From sequence record NC_042084.1: a DNA stretch of 44,829 nucleotides; one strand, written 5' to 3'. Made by a program: the position numbers and the translations under genes. The notes below the pieces were generated by a model. It was not told the DNA's origin. It was given only the letters and a program-made list of their open reading frames with translations, and did no database searches. This DNA comes from Escherichia phage VB_EcoS-Golestan. Within the stretch, counting starts at the first letter, position 1, and every line of letters starts with the position of its first letter. Below are positions 27,247 through 34,648 of the stretch, one piece after another.

Positions 27247-27434
27247 TTTGCCACCAGAACTAACTCTTTACGCCCGAACGCCGTAACGTTACCGGTTACA
27301 TCTTCGATAACCAGTTTACCGTTCGACTCGACGTACACCGTATCAACGGCAACAGGCCGACGGGTCTTAACGTTGAAAATCATGTCGCCAGGTACGATGT
27401 CACGTGCTGGTTTGCGGTCATATTCGTGTTTCAT
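27243..27434 (-). CDS. hypothetical protein (63 aa)
   Basis: First ORF downstream of the leftward promoter at 27468-27496. It has an ATGA overlap with the methyltransferase gene. Confidence 0.55.
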   Translation of the reverse strand: MKHEYDRKPARDIVPGDMIFNVKTRRPVAVDTVYVESNGKLVIEDVTGNVTAFGRKELVLVAK

Positions 27435-27464
27435 TTCTCAATTCCTTATATTGTTGGTGTAGGA

Positions 27465-27752
27465 CTAACTATAATAGTTCGCTATTAGGGCGTCAACCTG
27501 TTTAAACGAACCAACGACAAAAACATTAGCACCACGCTTACGCATCCGCTCGTGCTCCCGTAACTGGTGTGGATCCGGCTTCGTGCTTTCGTCTTTCTTT
27601 ATCTCGACGAACCAGATGACGCCGCCGGGGAGAATTACCAGCAGGTCAGGGGCGCCGGAACGTCCTTCGTAGGAAAGTTTACGAACGAGGCCACCAATGG
27701 CCTCGAATCGGTCTTTTGCGTATTTCTGTATTTTGCCCTCAGGCGTACTCAT
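27465..27752 (-). CDS. VRR-NUC domain nuclease
   Basis: GAPDLLVILPGG...FVEIKKD gives PD-(D/E)xK motifs. The ATG at 27752 (MSTPEGK) is preferred over the track start. Confidence 0.7.
   Translation of the reverse strand: MSTPEGKIQKYAKDRFEAIGGLVRKLSYEGRSGAPDLLVILPGGVIWFVEIKKDESTKPDPHQLREHERMRKRGANVFVVGSFKQVDALIANYYS
27468..27496 (-). promoter_or_regulatory. class II promoter TTGACG-N17-TATAGT
   Basis: Lies inside the 3' end of the VRR-NUC gene. The spacer carries the palindrome AATAG-N4-CTATT. Confidence 0.5.
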
Positions 27753-27837
27753 CCACACACCCCTCACGTTTCGTATGCGCAATACCACAGCGCGGACAGA
27801 TCCGGCGGTCTTCTTCGTAGAACCAGTAAATTTTCAT
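27739..27837 (-). CDS. 32-aa Cys-containing micro-protein
   Basis: MKIYWFYEEDRRICPRCGIAHTKREGCVDEYA. It has an ATGA overlap with the upstream micro-ORF. Confidence 0.3.
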   Translation of the reverse strand: MKIYWFYEEDRRICPRCGIAHTKREGCVDEYA

Positions 27838-27965
27838 TCCAGCACCCACAGATAAATTGTTACTAACATACCTAATACGGCAACCATCATGCCGTATTGA
27901 CCCTCGTGACAGTAGACACCGGCGGCGAATCCCGCCAGTACCGCAATAATCAGTTTACTTGGCAT
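27834..27965 (-). CDS. 43-aa membrane micro-protein
   Basis: MPSKLIIAVLAGFAAGVYCHEGQYGMMVAVLGMLVTIYLWVLE. It starts inside the polymerase gene 3' end. Confidence 0.3.
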   Translation of the reverse strand: MPSKLIIAVLAGFAAGVYCHEGQYGMMVAVLGMLVTIYLWVLE

Positions 27966-30219
27966 ATCGCTTCATCTCCGCACCTTCAGCTACAAGAGGG
28001 AACCCCTCCGCCCATTCCGGCAATTCGCACATCAACCGCTCAAGCTCTGCTACATTGTATTCCGGTGAATCTGGTGTCTCGCAGATAATCTCATCGTGTA
28101 CGTGAAGTACAATCGGGTAGCCGTTTGCTTCTACGTTCAGCAGGGCATTAGCCAGCAAATCACGGCACAATGCCTGAGTGCAGTTTTCCACCAGTTTACC
28201 CGAGTAGGTGTACTGGAACCCCCACTGACGGGTTAGCTGATTTTCGCCCTGGTACTTAATGCGCACGTTAGTAGACACCTTCCCGTCTCCATCTGTTTCT
28301 TTCGACACGCTCAACCCGACGCCCGGATAAGACATAACGCGACCCGACGGCAACGTCATGCGCAACCACCAACCAGCGACTTTGTTGCCGTTGTTGTCCG
28401 TTTCTACGTTACGCGAAAACTTAACACCCCGCGGTCCCGCAGTGAACTCTTTACCTGGATTGCGGATAGCTGCCATAGCGGCGTCTTCAATATCCCGCCA
28501 GAACGCTACTGTTTCCGGGTGGGACTCGCGCCACATGCGCTTGATAGCGTCACAGGTACGCCACACTTTCTTATCAAGAATATACGATGGTCGGTCATCC
28601 TTTTCACCTGGCCGCGGAGGTCGCTTGGCTTCCTGAATACGTGCCCATTCATAGCCGCGTGCAGTAGCGGCCCATATATGGTCGGGGAATGTCCCGTCCA
28701 TTGTTTTTGCCATATCAACCAGGTTTAAGCCGAGGTTCTTAGCAAACTGAACGAAAGCACCGACACCACCAGCATAGCCAAGGCCCAATTCACATGCTTT
28801 ACCTATCTGGCGTAGGTCACTACGGCTTTCGAGAATGTAATCAGGGTCCATGCCGAACATCTTACCCGCGGTTACACAGTAAATATCCAATCCCGCACGG
28901 AAGGTATCGAGAGCGGTTTCTTCTCCCGCCAGCCATGCCAACCCGCGACCTTCAACGTTAGAGTAATCAGCTACGACAAACTTACGCCCGGCTTCCGGTA
29001 TGATGCAGCTACGCACCGTCGATGCCGTTAGCTTGGCTACATCGAAACGGCGATGCGCGCGGCCTTTAAACAACAGGTCGATTCCGTAGGACAATGGGTG
29101 TGTTACTCTCCACCAGTCCTTCTCTGACATCCAGTCATAACGTACTTTCTTCTTTTTATTCTTCGGGTCGTCATGATAGTACCCGCGCGCCAGGTTCTGT
29201 GGCTGGAAGCCTTTACCCGCGAACCGTAACGTACGCTTTGCCCCACCGTACTGGATACAACCGCGGCGTCGGTCGTCCGACGAGCGGCCTAACAGCAGCG
29301 GGTTATATTTCGTGGACGCTGTTGACGCGGCCCCGAGGCGCATTTCGATAATCGTGCGGGCGTCGTCAGGTAAATCATCATCGGCCAGCAGGTCATTCAG
29401 CGTCGACTTCTGTGCGTTGTGTATGCGGTGTGCGGGGGCCAGTTCACGTAGAATAGGCAGAAAGTCCTTACCGGTAAGCGAGCCGCCGTATTTACGTTGA
29501 GCTTCTTCCTGTAACTGTGCCTTGTGCTTCTCTACGGCTTCAATCGCGGCTTCCGCCAGTGCGACGTCAACCTTAAATCCGCGGTCGTTGATTAACTGGT
29601 CAAGTTCCAGTACACGGTCTTCGAACTCGGAGTTACCCCAACGCGGCAGCTTATGGAAGACTTCACGCATCGCAGTGATGTCGCTCACGGCGTACCTGAT
29701 GAACATCGCCCACTCGTCAGGGTGAGTTTCTGCGGTGTAGCGGCGGATTTTGTAGTTCTTCGGCGTCGGTTTAGAGAAACGCTTAATCAGAGCCTTGCCG
29801 CGTTTATCTTTCGCGTTGTCGGCGGATACACCCAGCACTTCGCACAGCGCATCAAGAGAACCCGGTAGCGCGTGACGAAACGCCCAAATCATAGTATCAA
29901 TGGTGTTGCTTACCGGAATATCAAAGCCCCAGCAGTGCTTCATGATGAGCCTATCGAAAAGTCCACCGTTGTGCCATACCATCTTAATGCGACTGTTTGG
30001 CTTAACCAGACGGCGTAGAGCGCGGTGTAAATCCACGGGCATATCACTGCCGTCGGTGCAATCCCATACCTGTACAGGCTCGTCGTCAAAAGCGTAGGTA
30101 CAGATAAGCACTTCGGTAGTTGGATGCTCGGCGTAAGCATAGGAGCCGACTTTCTTCAAATCGGCTTCGGAGAATGTTTCAAAGTCTAAGTAAAGCAATG
30201 TGTTCATAGTCTGTACCAC
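27955..30219 (-). CDS. DNA polymerase, family A, with 3'-5' exonuclease domain
   Basis: Exo I LDFETFS, motif A VADYSNVEGR, motif B RQIGKACELGLGYAGG and motif C HVHDEI. Confidence 0.9.
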   Translation of the reverse strand: MVQTMNTLLYLDFETFSEADLKKVGSYAYAEHPTTEVLICTYAFDDEPVQVWDCTDGSDMPVDLHRALRRLVKPNSRIKMVWHNGGLFDRLIMKHCWGFDIPVSNTIDTMIWAFRHALPGSLDALCEVLGVSADNAKDKRGKALIKRFSKPTPKNYKIRRYTAETHPDEWAMFIRYAVSDITAMREVFHKLPRWGNSEFEDRVLELDQLINDRGFKVDVALAEAAIEAVEKHKAQLQEEAQRKYGGSLTGKDFLPILRELAPAHRIHNAQKSTLNDLLADDDLPDDARTIIEMRLGAASTASTKYNPLLLGRSSDDRRRGCIQYGGAKRTLRFAGKGFQPQNLARGYYHDDPKNKKKKVRYDWMSEKDWWRVTHPLSYGIDLLFKGRAHRRFDVAKLTASTVRSCIIPEAGRKFVVADYSNVEGRGLAWLAGEETALDTFRAGLDIYCVTAGKMFGMDPDYILESRSDLRQIGKACELGLGYAGGVGAFVQFAKNLGLNLVDMAKTMDGTFPDHIWAATARGYEWARIQEAKRPPRPGEKDDRPSYILDKKVWRTCDAIKRMWRESHPETVAFWRDIEDAAMAAIRNPGKEFTAGPRGVKFSRNVETDNNGNKVAGWWLRMTLPSGRVMSYPGVGLSVSKETDGDGKVSTNVRIKYQGENQLTRQWGFQYTYSGKLVENCTQALCRDLLANALLNVEANGYPIVLHVHDEIICETPDSPEYNVAELERLMCELPEWAEGFPLVAEGAEMKRYAK

Positions 30220-30482
30220 GTCTGATAGTCTGCTTCTGTGAGATGGTCGTCGCGATCTTGTTTCTTGTTTTTACCGCGTTCTATGATTTCTGCCCAAGTC
30301 CGGTCTGGGTCTGTGTCTTCTATTAAATGTTTATGCTCCTCGCATGCATAGTGTTTATACCAGTCTCGTACACCGTAAGCTGGAGGGTATTTAGTCATCC
30401 AAATTGCTCTAACTTTTTTACCTTCTGCCTTACAAAATTTGCAGTATGTGATGCGTCTGTATCTCTTAAGTTCCGCTGCCAT
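30204..30482 (-). CDS. hypothetical protein (Cys/His-containing, 92 aa)
   Basis: ORF overlapping the polymerase start by 16 nt. It contains CKFCK...CEEHKH. Confidence 0.5.
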   Translation of the reverse strand: MAAELKRYRRITYCKFCKAEGKKVRAIWMTKYPPAYGVRDWYKHYACEEHKHLIEDTDPDRTWAEIIERGKNKKQDRDDHLTEADYQTWYRL

Positions 30483-30496
30483 TATTTTCGACCCTT

Positions 30497-30524
30497 AGTA
30501 AAAAGGCCCAATGAAGGGCCTTAG
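30497..30524 (-). terminator. intrinsic terminator after the SSB gene
   Basis: AAGGCCC-TTCATT-GGGCCTT + TTTTAC on the minus strand. Confidence 0.6.
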
Positions 30525-30541
30525 TTAAATTGATTCAGATA

Positions 30542-31171
30542 TTAGCGGCGGCGACGTTCGCGGCGCGGTGCTTCATCTTCTTCTTCGTCGTCTTCCAGGT
30601 CATTGACGCTCGCAGCGACTTTAGAACCGCCGAACGCTTTGCCTTCGCCAACGTATTTAATCGCCAGCAGGTTAACGCCGAGGACTTTATATTTCTGGCT
30701 GAACCAGATTTCTACGCTTACGTTAGCAACGCAGCCGCTGTAAACCTGTTCACCTTCAATCTGTTCACCGTCTACATTGAAGTCCTGCTCTACCTGAGTC
30801 TCGCCTTTTTTAGAGGTTACAATCAGCGGTTGTTTCTGTGCCTTCGCTTTGAAGTAGAAGCCTTCCGGGAAGTCTTCAAACGGATTGTCGCGCTCGGCAA
30901 TGTCTTTAATCGCGCATTTATCCATGTGCTTACCTTCACCGTAGTTGGACTTCATCCATTTCTCGGCAGCGGCTGCGCCTAACGCTTCTTCAACTACAGC
31001 GTAAACGGTGTCGTAGAGCGCATCGATTTGCGCATGGTCAGACGGCAGGATAATCGTTGCGCTGTACTGACCTTTAGTGATTGATCCATCGTCGTTTTCA
31101 CGGTCTTTTTCGCGTTCGAATACGTTAACCCAGGCAGTGTTTACTTTACGCAGATTTAATTTCAGTCCCAT
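30542..31171 (-). CDS. single-stranded DNA-binding protein (DUF2815-like)
   Basis: 209 aa with an acidic tail DLEDDEEEDE. It lies adjacent to the DUF2800-like nuclease, as in T1-like modules as remembered, and has a strong promoter and its own terminator. Confidence 0.6.
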   Translation of the reverse strand: MGLKLNLRKVNTAWVNVFEREKDRENDDGSITKGQYSATIILPSDHAQIDALYDTVYAVVEEALGAAAAEKWMKSNYGEGKHMDKCAIKDIAERDNPFEDFPEGFYFKAKAQKQPLIVTSKKGETQVEQDFNVDGEQIEGEQVYSGCVANVSVEIWFSQKYKVLGVNLLAIKYVGEGKAFGGSKVAASVNDLEDDEEEDEAPRRERRRR

Positions 31172-31184
31172 TTGATTTCTCGCT

Positions 31185-31205
31185 TTTCAGTTTCAGTTTC
31201 AGTTT
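31185..31205 (-). repeat. hexanucleotide repeat (TTTCAG)3 on the plus strand = (CUGAAA)3 in the SSB 5' UTR
   Basis: Counted directly. Confidence 0.9.
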
Positions 31206-31235
31206 ACTCCGGGATCTGCCCGGCCAGTGATTAGA

Positions 31236-31264
31236 ACTATAATAGCTAACTATTCATGTGTCAA
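31236..31264 (-). promoter_or_regulatory. class II promoter TTGACA-N17-TATAGT (SSB operon)
   Basis: Consensus -35 with 17-nt spacer. The palindrome lies in the spacer. Confidence 0.6.
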
Positions 31265-31453
31265 ATAAAATTTTGCAATAGGGATTATGTTCTCGAAATT
31301 AAGCATATTGGCCGGTTCGAACTCATCCTCTACAGGGTAGTATCGCATCATGGTACCGTTCAAGAACGTGAACGATTCCGAGTGTAGATACCCATCCCAG
31401 CGCCATACCATCAAAAAATCTTTATCAGTCGGCATTTCATTTACTTGAATCAT
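31250..31453 (-). CDS. hypothetical protein (67 aa)
   Basis: SD GGAGGA precedes ATG 31453, which has an ATGA overlap with the nuclease stop. Confidence 0.5.
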   Translation of the reverse strand: MIQVNEMPTDKDFLMVWRWDGYLHSESFTFLNGTMMRYYPVEDEFEPANMLNFENIIPIAKFYLTHE

Positions 31454-32691
31454 TCTAAATCCTCCTCTGTAACTTGATTCCACTCAGGACGTTTGTCATC
31501 CGCCGTTGCGACGCATGGCGCACCGGGCTTACGGGTAATGAAGTCTTTCAGTTCTTCTTCCGGTACAATTTTAACCGCTTCGGTCGGTGTCATAAGAACT
31601 ACCTTTTGCAGCATAGTACCGTACTTCTCGAATACTGCATCGGTATCTTTCCACGCACGATTACCCGGGCGTCCTTCAACCAACTTGTAACCAGGAACTT
31701 TCTTACCTGAATGCAACGCGGCCGCCATAGCTTTCTCAACCTTGTCGATGTGCTGGCGCAACAGCGGCAACTTCTCATACTCAGCTACGAGTTGCTCCGG
31801 CGTCAGTTCCAGCACAAAGTCGTCTTCCAGTTCTTCCGCCAGTACAGAATTAACCGTCTTTGTACGCGCAGCGCATTGTTCAGAGAACCGGCACCACTGA
31901 CAACCATCTACCGATGGCTTGAAGTCCGACGCTTTCAGGTTCTTCTTGCCACGGAAATACGCATCAAGCGCTAACAGCGCGCGTTTCTGTGCGAACTTAG
32001 CGAACAGTTCCAGTCCTTCAACCGAGATGTCCCACTCTGTCGCACCCCCAGCGTAAGGCTGGAAGATGACCAGACGAACGGTTGTTATGTTATAACGTCT
32101 CTTGAGTCGACGATAAACACCGAGAGCGTAAAGCATAAGCTGCTTGTTTTCTTTCGCTTCGACGCGATGCCGCCCGGTTTTCAGGTCGCCGATAATGAGC
32201 ATGTGCTCGTCGGTGTTTGCCAGTTCCTGGACAGCAACGAGGTCAGCGGTTCCGAACGTCTCAACGCCTTCATACCCCGGATGCAATACCTCAGTAAGAT
32301 TAACACGCATTTCCAGCTTGGCGTAAGTCGCTATATCGATAATCGCCTTGCAGTAGTCGGTGTACTTGCGCACCTGCTCAATCATGTCCGCCGTAATCAG
32401 TACCGCGCCTTTCATCGGGCTGATTAGTGCCTTAATCTGGCCTTTGCCTTCATCCAGCACGTAAGCACCGACTTCACGCTCTAACGGCAGCGCAGTTCCG
32501 CGAATATAAGCGTTGAGATGGACCTCAGCTATGGTGTGCATTGCCGTGCCTAATACAGCGGCTTTACCTGGCGTGTTAGGGATATCTTTTTCACAGGCCA
32601 GTGATGCCGCGCAACTTAGCCACTTTTTAGCCCCTGACGGCGACAGTAAGGCATGTACATCGTTATTGCCGCCGCGTTCTTTAAGAATCAT
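31450..32691 (-). CDS. PD-(D/E)XK exonuclease (DUF2800 / Cas4-like)
   Basis: The N-terminal motif is LLSPSGAKKWLSCAAS. Also present are GDLKTG and a C-terminal Cys cluster CQWCRFSEQC. Confidence 0.7.
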   Translation of the reverse strand: MILKERGGNNDVHALLSPSGAKKWLSCAASLACEKDIPNTPGKAAVLGTAMHTIAEVHLNAYIRGTALPLEREVGAYVLDEGKGQIKALISPMKGAVLITADMIEQVRKYTDYCKAIIDIATYAKLEMRVNLTEVLHPGYEGVETFGTADLVAVQELANTDEHMLIIGDLKTGRHRVEAKENKQLMLYALGVYRRLKRRYNITTVRLVIFQPYAGGATEWDISVEGLELFAKFAQKRALLALDAYFRGKKNLKASDFKPSVDGCQWCRFSEQCAARTKTVNSVLAEELEDDFVLELTPEQLVAEYEKLPLLRQHIDKVEKAMAAALHSGKKVPGYKLVEGRPGNRAWKDTDAVFEKYGTMLQKVVLMTPTEAVKIVPEEELKDFITRKPGAPCVATADDKRPEWNQVTEEDLE

Positions 32692-33035
32692 CGTAAACTC
32701 TCCAAATACAAGTTTAATGCCTGTAACTGTTCTTCTGTAGGAATGAAAGAATCATCGCGATGTAAGTCGCTTAACTGTTGCAACATTCCTGCGAACTGAC
32801 GTCTTGCGTCAACAGCGTCCATGTGATGCTTTTCACTTTTATATATTAATGTTTTCGGGTAATCCTCAAGCCTGCCAGACGATTTATTCACGCGGAGCGC
32901 ACGAGCTTCATGCACAATGTGAATGTACTTTTTGCCGTTTTGTAACACAGTAGCTACGCCGCTGCTCTTTCTGCGGTCGCCGACTGTGTAAACCTTGTCG
33001 CCACTACGCAGATTAAGCCACCATTTATCGGTCAT
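32688..33035 (-). CDS. hypothetical protein (115 aa)
   Basis: ATG 33035 has an ATGA overlap with the upstream stop. Confidence 0.5.
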   Translation of the reverse strand: MTDKWWLNLRSGDKVYTVGDRRKSSGVATVLQNGKKYIHIVHEARALRVNKSSGRLEDYPKTLIYKSEKHHMDAVDARRQFAGMLQQLSDLHRDDSFIPTEEQLQALNLYLESLR

Positions 33036-33304
33036 ACCCTGTTCTCCCACTGGTCAATTAAATGTCGTGTCTGGTGCTGGCAGTGCATGGCCCAGCTATA
33101 CATCGACTCGAAGACATAAAAGTCAGGCTTGGCAAAAGTCGTGCGCTTAATCTGCGACACGTGACGGCCTATATCTTTGGGCCTGGGTACTTTGCCTAAG
33201 TACGCCATCTCTTCCATCTGGTGCGCACCGGAAGGAGCGCGCAATAGCCATAGAGCCTCCGTGTTATCCCGTCGGTCAATACCTCGGTAGAGTTGGTAAA
33301 TCAT
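33032..33304 (-). CDS. hypothetical protein (90 aa)
   Basis: ORF in the leftward operon. Confidence 0.5.
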   Translation of the reverse strand: MIYQLYRGIDRRDNTEALWLLRAPSGAHQMEEMAYLGKVPRPKDIGRHVSQIKRTTFAKPDFYVFESMYSWAMHCQHQTRHLIDQWENRV

Positions 33305-33346
33305 ATTACGACCCTCTGTTAAAGCGGCCCGAAGGCCGCGGGATAG

Positions 33347-33850
33347 TTATTCTTCTTCGAAATACTTGTTCTTGATTGCCGTCAGGCGTTCAAGGTACTC
33401 GGGCAGGTCTTCATCTTTAATCGCGGCAATCTTCATTTTCTTACCGGTGAACTCCTCCAGCAGTTCATCGGAATCGTCGCACGCAGCATCGCTAGGACCT
33501 TCGTTAATTGCATCGTCGATAGCCTGAATCTGGTCACGAAGAGACTGGTAATCGACCTCTTCTTTCTCTTCTTCTGGTTCTGGAGTCGGCTCCTCTACTT
33601 TAGCTTTACGCGGCTTGCGTTTCGGCTTCTCTTCTTCTTCTGCTGGTTTAGCGTCAACGATGTCTTCACCTTCAACAGGGATTTCTTTTGTTGCTTCTTT
33701 TTCGCACTCAGCTACCGCTTCTTTGGTATACACTACCGTCTCTACTTCTAACGGCGCTGCAACTTGTGCTGACTGTTTCGCACTGTTCGCAGCAATCAGT
33801 TCATGTGCAACTACGAAACGTTCCAGTAATTTTAAGAATTGTTCTAACAT
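33347..33850 (-). CDS. highly acidic protein (167 aa)
   Basis: E/D-rich with one basic patch (EEEKPKRKPRKAKVEEPTPEPEEEKEE). Confidence 0.55.
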   Translation of the reverse strand: MLEQFLKLLERFVVAHELIAANSAKQSAQVAAPLEVETVVYTKEAVAECEKEATKEIPVEGEDIVDAKPAEEEEKPKRKPRKAKVEEPTPEPEEEKEEVDYQSLRDQIQAIDDAINEGPSDAACDDSDELLEEFTGKKMKIAAIKDEDLPEYLERLTAIKNKYFEEE

Positions 33851-33872
33851 TTGTTTCTCCTGTTTATTTAGG

Positions 33873-34100
33873 TTACTCGCCGTCGCCTTCTGTAAGGCTA
33901 TCGTCTATTAATTCAAATTTACCGTTTGAGTGTTGGATAGCTTCTTGCCCGCAATGGTCGCAAACCACCAGTTTATCGAATCCGTCAAACTCGTCCCCGA
34001 CTACGCAAGAAAGTACAAATTTATGTTTTGTACATACTTCTTGCGGTGCGCCGAAAATTGCGTGAAAACATTTAGTTATAGCTCCAGTGATTATGTTCAT
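33873..34100 (-). CDS. hypothetical protein (75 aa, Cys-containing)
   Basis: First gene of the operon driven by the leftward promoter at 34129-34157. Confidence 0.5.
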   Translation of the reverse strand: MNIITGAITKCFHAIFGAPQEVCTKHKFVLSCVVGDEFDGFDKLVVCDHCGQEAIQHSNGKFELIDDSLTEGDGE

Positions 34101-34128
34101 ATCTTCACCTCTCGTTTGGTATGGGTTA

Positions 34129-34157
34129 ACTATAATAGCGAACTATTCACATGTCAA
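34129..34157 (-). promoter_or_regulatory. class II promoter TTGACA-N17-TATAGT
   Basis: Consensus -35. Divergent from the XRE-gene promoter. The palindrome lies in the spacer. Confidence 0.6.
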
Positions 34158-34177
34158 TGGGCTTTTCTAAAATAATT

Positions 34178-34191
34178 AATATGGTACTATT
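34178..34191 (+). promoter_or_regulatory. operator-like palindrome variant overlapping the extended -10 (TGgTACTAT) of the XRE gene promoter
   Basis: AATAT-GGTA-CTATT. The -10 TACTAT is at 34185-34190 with TG at 34182-34183. Confidence 0.45.
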
Positions 34192-34221
34192 CACATATCA
34201 ACTAACTAAGGAGTAGCTGAC

Positions 34222-34437
34222 ATGCAACCATCTGAACTAGGCATTCGTGTAGAACAACGCCGTAAAGAACTCGGCATCTCCCAGCGCCGTCTGGCGGTCC
34301 TGACCGGCGTTTCCCAGGGCGCAATTAACCAGCTGGCTCTCGGTGTAACTCAGGACGTCCGCCCGGCAACGTTGTTTAAACTGGCGGAAGTGCTGGAAGT
34401 AGACGCTAAGTGGCTGGCGTTCGGTGAAGGGGCTTGA
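34222..34437 (+). CDS. XRE/Cro-type HTH transcriptional regulator
   Basis: LGISQRRLAVLTGVSQGAINQLALG is a classic HTH_3 pattern. It is a lone rightward gene in a divergent promoter region and has its own terminator. Confidence 0.8.
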   Translation: MQPSELGIRVEQRRKELGISQRRLAVLTGVSQGAINQLALGVTQDVRPATLFKLAEVLEVDAKWLAFGEGA

Positions 34438-34452
34438 CGCCCCTTTCTTTTT
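34427..34452 (+). terminator. terminator after the XRE gene
   Basis: AAGGGG-loop-CCCCTT + TCTTTTTATT. Confidence 0.6.
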
Positions 34453-34648
34453 ATTGCACCTTTATCGGGTATCTTTTGCGAAACTTACCTAACCCGCAGT
34501 ACACGCTGTAAGCCTCTGTGTAACTGAACACAACATGATACCCGCGCCCATAAGGAACTACGTTAAGAACTTCTACTACTTCGCCTCTGTGGTTGGTGTA
34601 TTTATTACCTTTCAGTTCGTCGCTTACTTCTTTAAATTTACCGCTCAT
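34451..34648 (-). CDS. hypothetical protein (65 aa)
   Basis: ATGA-coupled to the primase-helicase gene. Confidence 0.5.
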   Translation of the reverse strand: MSGKFKEVSDELKGNKYTNHRGEVVEVLNVVPYGRGYHVVFSYTEAYSVYCGLGKFRKRYPIKVQ

